A stretch of DNA of 64,000 nt from Squalus acanthias (lineage: Eukaryota): the NCBI GenBank assembly GCA_030390025.1, contig CM059432.1, positions 135,162,001 to 135,226,000 of the forward strand, written 5' to 3'. Of the stretch, positions 53,961 through 64,000 are shown in pieces. The stretch's first letter is position 1; each line of letters begins with the position of its first letter. Made by a program: the position numbers and the translations under genes. Under the pieces are notes generated by a model that had not been told where the DNA came from, did not search any database, and saw only the letters and a list, made by a program, of their open reading frames with translations.

Positions 53961-55516
53961 TGAATACAGAGGTAAACTCTTCCTCAGTTCTATGCAGGAG
54001 GCACAGCTCCAGCTCATGCAAGCTGTGTGCTTCTAAAACCTGCACTAATGCCAAACTCAGAATACAGCTATGTTATTATTGTTCTGGTGGTTCTGAAGCT
54101 GAAGAAGGCTTGTTGGCCAGGGTGTTGCCTCCCTCACACCCCACTATCAGCTGAGATAACAAAAAAGTGACAGCATTGTAGGCTGGACAAATTTGTGTTC
54201 CTTAGTTTGGTGGCTCCAATTTTCATATCTCCTGCTTTCCCCTTCTATTCAATAACCATCACCTTCCCCCTCTCCCAAGGCTGTAACTCATGCTGGAAAT
54301 CAGTGCCGCGAACACCAGCAGCCCTGTACCTCACGCCTAGCGGTGATTCTTAGGGTATACTTTGTCACACTACAGTGCATGCAGACTCGCAGAATTCATC
54401 TTCAATCCAGTCCTCACCTCACATACCTTCCAGCAAGGACCACTGAATGGTAATCAGTAACAGGAACCCTGGCTAGCTGGTTTTCCACTCTCCGACACTA
54501 ATTAACTTGACGTGCAAACGAGAAATCGAGCCTGGGGCATTCAGTCTATATGGTGCATTTAGCTATTGGGCGATCAGTGGTTCCTTCAAGCTTCACTGAT
54601 CACCAAGAATTCCCTATTCCAAAAAAAAGCGGCACTGAGTTGCCAAACTATTATATATAAATTTTAAAATACAATTAGCTATCAATGTCCTATCTATAGT
54701 GAGGATACATCCCAGTCTTCAAACAACAAGAGTGCAGTTGACCAGTTAAGTTCTTTTCTTTTGGATCAATTAAAAAAATGTAAGAAGCATGAATGTTGCT
54801 TTCTTTAGTACTAAACACTGGTCAAACATAAAGCACGGTAAGCAGGAGCAGGTGGGGGTGGAAGATGAGGAGGAAGAAATTACTACCTGGGGAGTCAGAA
54901 TATTTCACCCATTGGCTCAAGAGCCTGGGGACCCATATCTCAAGTTCAGCTTCGAAAAGAAAGAAGCTTGCAGAACATCAAACATATGTACAAGCATAGG
55001 GGAAGCATCTGACACAGCGGGCCAATTGGTGAAGTTAACTACCCATATCTGCAGTACCCAGGAGGATGGCTTTGCAACACTGCAGTCCACCCTGGAGCCT
55101 CCAAGCAAGCGGGCTGGGATACACAGAAGTCTTCATGGGTCTCACTGGGACTATTGTGCCTGTTTTCCTGCAGATCAGCAGCCATGCAGAGCTAGTGCTC
55201 AGCATCCGTGACAAGGCAAGAATGCACTCGGATGATGGTGCGGTCTCTCGGCGGGACTTCCATACCACTTCATCGGCCCCCTCAGTTGTCTAAAAGAAGG
55301 CAGGACCAGGTTGTCCCTGACAAGAGGTACAGCCTGCAGGAGGTCCATCTCAGAGCTTAGCCACCATGAGGCAAGGACCACCTCAGTCTGAGCATGCTCA
55401 TATTGAGGAGAGGCAATATAAACTAAATGGTGTAATTTTAAAGGGGGTGTAAACCCCTTTAGCAATATTCTCTCTCCAATAACATTTTTTGAACAATTAT
55501 GGTCTTTGAACACTAT

Positions 55517-57234
55517 GGCCGGAATTTTCAAGGGTGGTAGCTGGCGCGATCGGTGGTGGGTCGGCTGGGAATGTTGTTATTTTTGACAGCGGGTCGGGAA
55601 CCCACTGTCATCCCGACACCAAGCACCTTTCCCCCAGACGCGTCTGTCATCGCGGAGCCGACCCGACCGGCAGTGGCGGGCGACCCAATTGAAATCATTA
55701 TCAGGTAGTTTTCAGGCACTGAAGAGCCTTTTTCCCCCCTACATTTTAAATTTCCCTGCATGGCCACGGGATTCACGCTGCTCGGGAAGCACGTCTGTCA
55801 ACCTGAGGCGGGAGTTCGTGGCCATTGCTCCAGCTGATTACTTGACAGCATCACATGTACAGTAAAAGCTCCCACCTGACAGATCATCACTTTCCTCAGG
55901 CAGAAGCTGTTGCTCAGTCCATTTCCAGCACAGATTCTACAGGCTGCAAGTCTTTCCAGCAAAGTCTCCATCCAGTCTCACCTCAGTGGAAGAACTCTCT
56001 CACCATTGACAGAATGCTTCTGTCATCTGTACTTCATCTGCCATCTATTCCATCAACATGGGTGCCCTTTATACTGTCTCACCTTGGTCCTCAGAATCGG
56101 ATCACGATGAGCCCCAACACCAGCAGCACCAACAACAACACCAACCTTCTCCACAATCACCTGATGCTGTAGAGGACAGAGGGCATCAGCACCCGAGCAC
56201 ATTGCTGCCCGGGAGGCCTGGGATGACCTCATCATGGCGAGATTTAGTTAACTTGATGCTGCACACCCTGGCTGCCACATAATGCACCAGGTTGGCACCA
56301 CCCCCCCACACCAACACCATAAAGCATCCCTACAATGCCCAAGCCATTCCTTTCACACTCATCACCATTACGGGGGGTACCGTTATGTCTCCCCATTCAC
56401 TGCAACTCACTGAGCCACTTCCAAAGGTGCACACAAATCTGTCCAAGAATGGAAAGTGTTGAAAATAAAGCTTTTTATATTTGACACCACATTAACAGAA
56501 ACTTTACATAAACATTGGATAAAACACCCAAGTGGCTACCCTTGTGTGTTGTTAGTTGATATGATTGCACTCGGGTGAAGGTGCGTGTGAGGGGTGGCTA
56601 GTGAGATGGGGATGTGATAACATAGATAGAGAGGGATGGGTGGACGTGCAAGGTATGTTGGTGTAAGGATGTAGGGTAGGGAAGGCAGAGTGATGGGGAT
56701 GTGATGAGAGGCACAGCAGGATGAAGGGGAGTGTGGTTTTGTACTAACGTTTCGTGATCTAATGAGATCATTGCAACATTTGCGGCACTACACCCAGGTC
56801 CTCCTGACCACATCCCTGCTAGTAACCTCCTCTGCAATCTGCAACCAGGCTGTCTTGGCCTCCAGGGGAGGTCTCATCCACCCACCGGAAGCATATGGAG
56901 GGAGTCATCGGAGAACCTGGGTGCAGCACTCTGCCTCCGTGCAGTCATTGTCAGTGTTTGCAGCACTCCAATGTTGTAGTGTACTGACAGCACTATGTTA
57001 GATTAAACTTCAAATATAATGTGGCCATGACCCCTTTTTGGATCCCGGCTGAAAAAGCATCATGAATGATATCACCAGACCCGCCCCATCTAATTGGGCC
57101 AAGTAACGCGCTGGGCGGGCTTAATAGGCCCCATTAAGTTCATTTTCAGCAGCGGGATGGAGCCAGCAGCGGGGTCGTGACCCACCACGGACACCGCCCG
57201 CACCGGACCTGCCGAGGTAGTCAAAATTCCGGCC
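55517..57234. mobile_element. Internally deleted PIF/Harbinger element with both ends intact
   Basis: Perfect TIR GGCCGGAATTTT / AAAATTCCGGCC and TSD TAT. Minus-strand Myb-like remnant AWLQIAEEVTSRDVVRRTWV*CRKCCNDLIRS at about 56750-56850. Confidence 0.92.
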
Positions 57235-57894
57235 TATGACTCAATAACCCACCAATGCAAGAAGGTGTATCGAACTACAGATAAGGGCCCAGCAGAGACA
57301 CTTTCAGGGAGTGTCATCACAGCCCATCATTTTCTGTCCATAAAAAATAAAGGTTGAAAAATCGCGGATAGCATGCCTGCAATTTCTTGCGGTTCACTCC
57401 CTAGAAGCATGGAATTGGCCCTATAATTTGAGGATACTGCTTCAATCTTTGTTGTGGCTGATTTCTTTATCTCAGCTACACAGCTGTGGGGATGCAACAA
57501 GTGGAGAGCAAGCACTTCCCCACGCGAGGAAGAAGGGGGGGGGGGAAACAAAGAAAGGAATGTGATTCAAGGAGACACTGGCAGAAAGCTGGGAGAAGGC
57601 TGGCGGCTTGAAACAAGGTGTGCACATCCCATGGAGATCACATAGTCTGGGAAGAATAACAACTCCGATAAGGAAACTACATTAGAAGAAAATGTGACCT
57701 AATTAGCACTGAACTCCATTCATTCTTCAATACAATGCTGCATTTGCCTTACAATGCGCAAGCTGTGGCAGCAATATGGCAAATTAAAAGAGGCAATGCT
57801 GGTGCCTCCAGAGAGAGTCAAAGACCTTCCAAAATAAGTGGGTGCCTCCAGAAGCAGCATTAACCCAAAAGGCAATATCACTGCTGTGGAAGCA

Positions 57895-59037
57895 GCACAT
57901 ACAGGCCAGCCACTCATTGGTCAGCCCACCCAGACAGCTCACTCGCTGGTCAGCCCACCCATACAGCCACTCACTGGTCAGCTCACTCAAGGGTCAGCTC
58001 ACCCATACAGCTCACTCATTGGTCAGCTCACTCAAGGGTCAGCTCACCCATACAGCTCACTCGCTGGTCAGCTCACTCAAGGGTCAGCTCACCCATACAG
58101 CTCACTCATTGGTCAGCCCACCCATACAGGCCACCTACTCATAGGTCAGCCCATCCATACAGCCCACTCATTGGTCAGCCCACTCATTGGTCAGCCCACC
58201 CATACAGCTTGCTCTCTCAGTTCCGACGAAGGGTTTCGACCTGAAACGTTAACTCTCTTTCTCTCTCCACGGATGTTGCCTGGCCTGCTGAGTTTTTCCA
58301 GCGTTTTCTGTTGTTATTTCAGCCCACTCATTGGTCAGCCCACCCATACAGCCCACTCATTGGTCAACCTACCCATACAGCCACTCATTGGTCAGCCCAC
58401 CCATACAGCCCACTCATACAGCCCACTCATTGGTCAGCCCACACATACAGCCACTCATTGGTCAGCCCACCCATACAGCCCACTCATTGGTCAGCCCACA
58501 CATACAGCCACTCACTGGTCAGCCCACCCATACAGCCACTCGCTGGTCAGCTTACTCGCTGGTCAGCCCACCCGTACAGCCACTCACTGGTCAGCCCACC
58601 CATACAGCCACTCGCTGGTCAGCTTACTCGCTGGTCAGCCCACCCATACAGCCACTCACTGGTCAGCTTACTCGCTGGTCAGCCCACCCGTACAGCCACT
58701 CACTGGTCAGCTTACTCGCTGGTCAGCCCACCCATACAGCCACTCACTGGTCAGCTTACTCGCTGGTCAGCCCACCCATACAGCCACTCGCTGGTCAGCT
58801 TACTCGCTGGTCAGCCCACCCATACAGCCACTCGCTGGTCAGCTTACTCGCTGGTCAGCCCACCCATACAGCCACTCGCTGGTCAGCTTACTCGCTGGTC
58901 AGCCCACCCGTACAGCCACTCACTGGTCAGCTTACTCGCTGGTCAGCCCATCCATACAGCCCACTCATTGGTCAGCCCACACATACAGCCACTCATTGGT
59001 CAGCCCACCCGATACAGCCACTCACTGGTCAGCACAT
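57895..59037 (+). repeat. Minisatellite with 28/29-bp and 16-bp units forming a ~44-45-bp higher-order repeat
   Basis: Units GGTCAGCCCACCCATACAGCCACTCA(TT/CT) and GGTCAGCTTACTCGCT / GGTCAGCTCACTCAAG. Interrupted at about 58210-58320 by a Penelope terminal fragment. Confidence 0.95.
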
Positions 59038-59518
59038 ACCCCACCCCCCAGCCATTGTAGAAAGTATGGCAGGTAGAAACAAAGAATTAAATAAGTGAAG
59101 AAAAATTCCCCACAATATAAACAGGGAAGATGCAACAGCACTGGGACCCAGAAGCAATAAAGTACCACAAGGCATTCACATTCCTAAAACCCAGATCAGC
59201 TGTGGAAGTGCTCAGAATTGCAAAAATGATAAGCATGAGAGACGAAAATATGGACAAACTATCCCCAGGCCAAAGAAAAAGCTGTCAAAGCCATACAGTG
59301 AGAATGCCAGACACATAAACATGGCTACAGGCTAGCATTTTAAACAGTATTTTAAGGAAGAGCCCGTTAGGAGCTTCTTCTGATTAAAGCAACAAGTGAA
59401 AACATAAAAGAAAAGAAAGACAAAAGCAAAATACTGCAGATGCTGGAAATCTGAAATAAAAAGAGAAAATGCTGGAAATACTCAGCAGGTCAGGCAGCAT
59501 CTGTGGAGAGTGAAGCAG

Positions 59519-59555
59519 AGTCAACGTTTCAGGTCAATGAACCTTCGTCAGAACT
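59519..59555 (-). ncRNA. Putative minimal type-I hammerhead ribozyme in the Penelope 3' terminal repeat
   Basis: Minus strand reads AGTT-CTGACGA-AGGTTCATTGACCT-GAAA-CGTT-GACT: conserved CUGAnGA and GAAA cores, stem II, palindromic minimal stem III, short stem I. Confidence 0.65.
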
Positions 59556-61147
59556 GGAAAAAGTTAGAGATGTGACAGATTTTTAAGCAAGTGCAGGGGC
59601 AGGGAGGGGAGGAAAGAACAAAAGGGAAGGTCTGTGATAGGGTGGAAGGCAGGAGAGATTAAGAGACAAAAGGGATGATGGTGCAAGGCAAAAGGAGATG
59701 GTAATAAGAAACAAAAGATGACTCTAGATGAAGTGTAAATGGCACTGGCAGAATCATCAACAGCTGCCATGTGAGAGAGAAAAAATAATAGGGGCCGAGG
59801 TTATGGTCTGAAATTGTTGAACTCGATGTTGAGTCCAGAAGGCTGTAAAGTGCCTAATCGAAAGATGAGGTGCTGTTCCTCGAGCTTACGCTGAGCTTCA
59901 TTGGAACACTGTAAAAGGCCGAGGACGGAGAGGTTAGAGTGGGAATGGAGCGGAGAATTAAAGTGACAGGCGAACGGAAGCTCGGGGTCACACTTACGGA
60001 TTGAACGGAGGTGTTCCGCAAAGCGCTCACCCAATCTCCATTTGGTCTCCCCAATGTAGAGGAGACTGCACCGTGACCAGCGAATACAGTATACTGAATT
60101 GCAAGTAGTACAAGTAAATCACTGTTTCACCTGGAAGGAGTGCTTGGGGCCCTGGACAGTGGGAAGGGAGGAGGTAAAAGGGCAGGTGTTGCATCTCCTG
60201 CGCTTACACAGGAAGGTGCCGTGGGAAGGGGAAGGGGTGTTTGGGGTGATTGAGGAGTGGACCAGGGTGTCGCAGGGGGAGCGGTCCCTTCGGAATGCTG
60301 AAAGGGGAAGATGTGTTTGGTGGTGGGATCACGCTGGAGGTGGCAGAAATGGCCGAGGATGATCTGTTGAATGTGGAGGCTGGTGGGGTGAAAGGTGGGG
60401 TGAAAGGGAAACCCTATTGTTTTTCTGGGAGGCAAGGGAAGGGGTGAGAGCAGAAATGCGGGAAATAGAACAGACACGGTCAAGGGCCGTGTCAACCACA
60501 GTACAGGGGAATCCTCGGTTGAGGAAAAAGGAAGACATATCGGAAGCACTAGTATGGAAGGTGGCATTGTCAAAGCAGATGCGACGGAGACAGATAAATT
60601 GGGAGAATGGAATAGAGTCCTTACAGGAAGTGGAATGGGAGGAAGTGTAGTCCAGGTAGCTGTGGGAGTCAGTGGGCTTATAGTGGATGTTTGTCAATAG
60701 CCTATCCCCAGAAATGGAGACAGAGAAGTCGAGGAAGGAAAGAGTCGGAGATGGACCATGTGAAGGTGAGGACAGGATGGAAACTGGAAGCAAAATGAAT
60801 GAAATTTTCTAGTTCAGGGCGAGAGACTGAAACGGCACCAATACAGTCATCAATGTACCGGAAAAAGAGGTGAGGGAGGGGGCCTGAGTAGGACTGGAAC
60901 AAAGAACGTTCCACATATCCCACGAAAAGACAGGCATAGCTAGGACCCATGCGGGTTCCCATAGCAACACCTTTAATTTGGAGGAAGTGAGTGGAGTCAA
61001 ATGAGAAGTTGTTCAATGTGAGAACAGGTTCAGCCAGGCGGAGAAGGGTGGTGGTGGATGTGGACTGGTTGGGCCTCTGTTCCTCCTCTCCCACCTTTCC
61101 CTGCCCCTGCACTTGCTTAAAAATCTGTTACATCTCTAACTTTTTCC

Positions 61148-61184
61148 AGTTCTGACGAAGGGTCATCGACCTGAAACGTTAACT
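61148..61184 (+). ncRNA. Putative minimal type-I hammerhead ribozyme in the inverted Penelope repeat
   Basis: AGTT-CTGACGA-AGGGTCATCGACCT-GAAA-CGTT-AACT. Confidence 0.68.
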
Positions 61185-61233
61185 CTGTTTCTCTCTCCAC
61201 AGATGCTGCCTGACCTGCTGAGTATTTCCAGCA

Positions 61234-61706
61234 AAGAAAAGAATGGCTTGCATTTATATAGCACCTTTCACGACCTCAGGACATCCCAAAGCGCTTTACA
61301 GCCAATGAAGTATTTTTGAAGTGTCGTCACTGTTGTAATGTAGGAAATGTGGCAGCCAATTTGCGCACAGCAAGTTCCCACAAATAGCAGTGTGATAGTG
61401 ACCAGATAATCTGTTTATTTAGTGATGCTGATTGAGGGACAAATATTGGCCTGGACACCGGGGATAACTCCCCTGCTCTTCTTCGAAATAGTGCCATGGG
61501 ATCTTTTACGTCTGCCTGAGAGAGCAGACCGGGCCTCGGTTTAACGTCTCATCCAAAAGACGGCACCTCCGACAGTGCAGCACTCCCTCAGTACTGCACT
61601 GGAGTGTCAGCCTAGAATTTTGTGCTCAAGCCCCTGGAGTGGGACTTGAACCCACAACCTTCTGACTCAGGAAGCGAGAGTATTACCAACTGCGCCATGG
61701 CTTACA
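61234..61706 (-). mobile_element. SacSINE1/DeuSINE-like SINE, full length
   Basis: Reverse complement of 23708-24180. Directly abuts the PLE end. Confidence 0.9.
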
Positions 61707-62715
61707 CAAATTATCGTCATGTGTTCTTCACATAACGTGCGCTATTTCTACTTTTAAAACTGCATCTAAATTCCTTGAATTTCTTTTATGTTGAGCTCCT
61801 TATATTTTGGCATTGTGCATACTGGGAAACCGTATAATCTATCCCTGGATTCTTGCCAATTGTCACAAAAATAATAGATATCATTACATGTCCACTGGAG
61901 GTTAATATAAAACTCCAAATCACGACAGTATGTGCCATACCATGTTAACGCATGACTTCAAACATCTTGGCTTACAGACAGCTTAACCATCAAGACTTTC
62001 TTTTAAAACCCAAAGCACTAAAAGAATCATGTTCATCTTCAATAGGTTCAATTGATTTTTGTTGTACTTCAGATTTTTTAAAATATCATTGTTATAAATC
62101 CCACTCTTCAGCAGGAAGCACTGGTGATGTGGGATTGTTGTGCCAGCGTTTGTGTGTGTGTGTGTGTGTGTGGGGGGGGGGGGGAGAGGGAGGGGTAGGG
62201 GATCAGGTTGGTACTTGGGATGTGACCTGCTTTTATTCTTCTCCCAGGCTCCTGGGCCATTGGAATGTGCACCACTTTGCCATTTTTTGTTTTCCTTCTC
62301 TTTCTACCTGCCTCATCCCCCACCTCCTTGGCTATTCACAGGTTGTCCGCGTCCCGTAAATGTCTTTCATTTCTCTCGTCGTGCCTCCTGTCGTTCTATC
62401 CCGTTATCACTTCTGCTGTCTTGCATTTTCCATGTAAGCACTTTACAGATCATCCTACTTCTGACCTCGTATGTTTGTGTGCGTGTGTCCGCATGCGCAC
62501 GTGACTGCACCCGCACGTGTTTCACACCAGTGTATAAGTCACACCCTTAGCATAAAATCAAAACTAAGGTGCTATTCAAACACTAGATTTTGAGCTAAAT
62601 ACTTTTTTTTAAGTTATATTATATTTGTAGATGGACATTACAAACTTGCAGGTATGTGTGGTCCAAATTCCTCAGAGCTGCTGCCACCCCACTGCCATTA
62701 TTTTGCAATATTGCA

Positions 62716-63180
62716 ACAACACCTTGTATTGATTATAGTGCCTTTAACATAGTAAAACGTCCCAAGGCACTTCACAAGAGCATTATCAGACTAAATGTGA
62801 CACCGAGCCACAAAGAAAGAAAGACTTGCATTTATATAGCACCTTTCACGACCCCAGGACATCCAAAAATGCTTAACAGCCAATTAAGTACTTTTGAAGT
62901 GTGGGCAATGCTGTAATGTAGAAAGGACATATTCGGACAGGTAACCAAAAGCTTGGCCAAAGAGGCAGGTTTTAAGGAGCGTCTTAAAGGAGGAGAGAGA
63001 GGTGGAGAGGCAGAGAGGTTTAGGAAGGGAATTCCAGAGCTTAGGGCCTAGGCAACAGAAGGCACGACCGCCAATGAAAATTGGATTTGAGCAAGAGGCC
63101 AGAATTGATGAAATGCGAAGATCTTGGAGGGTTGTAAGGCTGGAAGAGCTCACAGACATAGGATGAGGCGAGGCCATGGC
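62716..63180 (-). mobile_element. L2 3' end interrupted by a SINE tail (about 62813-62922)
   Basis: GGRAFCCLGPKLWNSLPKPL..SFKTLLKT on the minus strand, with a SINE tail inserted in its 3' UTR. Confidence 0.8.
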
Positions 63181-63423
63181 AGGATTACGCATGTAAACGG
63201 GGTTGCCACCACAGCTCAGTGAAGTTACAGCCGGGGTAGGGTAAGCAATAACAATAAGCAGCTCAGGAATTTCCCAGTGCAAGAGCCTGATTGTTTCAAG
63301 TTATTTTCTTTTACATTACATGGAAGTTATTGCAGGAGAATGCTGATAGAGCGAAAATCTGAGCTCCGATCAATCTCCCATTGTTTAGCTTCAAGAAGTG
63401 AAATATGCATTAATAGAAATATT

Positions 63424-64000
63424 GGGGGAAATTTTCCCAGCCCTGAGGAGGCGGGTTTGGAGACGGGACTGCCGGGAAAATGGCAAAAACTGGGAGCGGG
63501 TACCAACCCCGCTCCCAACCCGCCTCCGTTCCATCTTCCCGGGAGTCGAGTCCCCAAGTCGCGCAGGAACTCGGCTCCTTGAGGTGGGATGGGGATTAGA
63601 GCCAATTAACTGCCTGTTAACATGTTTTGAGGCTTTTCCCCATTTTACGCCTGCAATTGCGGGCTTCCCGATGGCTGCGAACCTCGCCAGGGTCAGCGAG
63701 GCGAGCAGTGGGTCTGTGGGGGTGAGAGGGGTCGACATGTCAGATGTAGAGGTGAGTGATGGGTGCAAGTGTGGACAGGTAAGTATGAGAGGTGAGTGTA
63801 AACTTTTTTTAAAAGTTTCCTTACCTTTGCTCCTTTCTGCAGGCTTCAACCGTTGAGGATCCGGAGGTGCCTCATCTCAACGACAGAGATGACAGAATGG
63901 CTGCTGCATTCTCAGATGCAGCAGCCATCTGATTTCTGCTGAGGAGAGGTGTCTTGGTGAGCCTTTGTGCAAGGGCTCACCTTAGAACAGAGATTGTCAG
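63424..64000. mobile_element. Harbinger-like element left end, runs off the window
   Basis: GGGGGAAATTTTCCCAGCCCTGAGGAGGCGGG... is homologous to 49395-49592. Confidence 0.7.

Larger units (their letters stand above)
59425..61233 (-). mobile_element. Penelope-like retroelement (5'-truncated RT + GIY-YIG endonuclease pseudogene) with inverted terminal repeat
   Basis: NNFSFD..FLQIKGVAMGTRMGPSYACLF...FFRYIDD (PLE RT), FLD...IHYKPTD, and RFAEHL...HFN....EQHLIFRLGTL.P.GLN (GIY-YIG C-terminus). 61080-61233 is an inverted copy of 59470-59615. Confidence 0.93.

Noticed and set aside
57836..57866. Minus-strand VNAASGGTH resembling the end of the missing NFATC1 exon
   Set aside because: No flanking NFAT similarity or suitable splice donor. 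Treated as coincidental.
57895..59037. CRISPR-like array
   Set aside because: Units are directly tandem with no unique spacers, and the context is eukaryotic with no cas genes.
57838..59098. 412-, 249- and 255-aa overlapping ORFs
   Set aside because: Products of a stop-free minisatellite. Open in all three frames, non-ATG starts, and one reads through a TE fragment.

Overview
Vertebrate intronic DNA, most likely from a cartilaginous fish (shark), judged from the repeat families. Three consecutive internal coding exons of NFATC1 (Rel-homology/IPT region) lie on the minus strand at 24491-24693, 18347-18519 and 12855-12995 and splice in frame. I could not find the flanking exons, so the rest appears to be intron. 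The introns hold many decayed and often nested mobile elements: CR1 LINEs, tRNA-headed Deu-domain/SacSINE1-like SINEs, L2 3' tails, PIF/Harbinger remnants and MITEs (12-bp TIRs, 3-bp TSDs), a hAT MITE with an 8-bp TSD, and a Penelope-like element (RT + GIY-YIG) with inverted terminal repeats. The most notable signal is a minimal type-I hammerhead-ribozyme-like motif (CTGACGA-stem-GAAACGTT) in the Penelope terminal repeat and its short derivatives, including a fold-back element. Also present are a higher-order minisatellite, a G-rich compound microsatellite and a candidate NF-kB + AP-1 intronic enhancer. TE boundaries are approximate unless a TIR or TSD is quoted.
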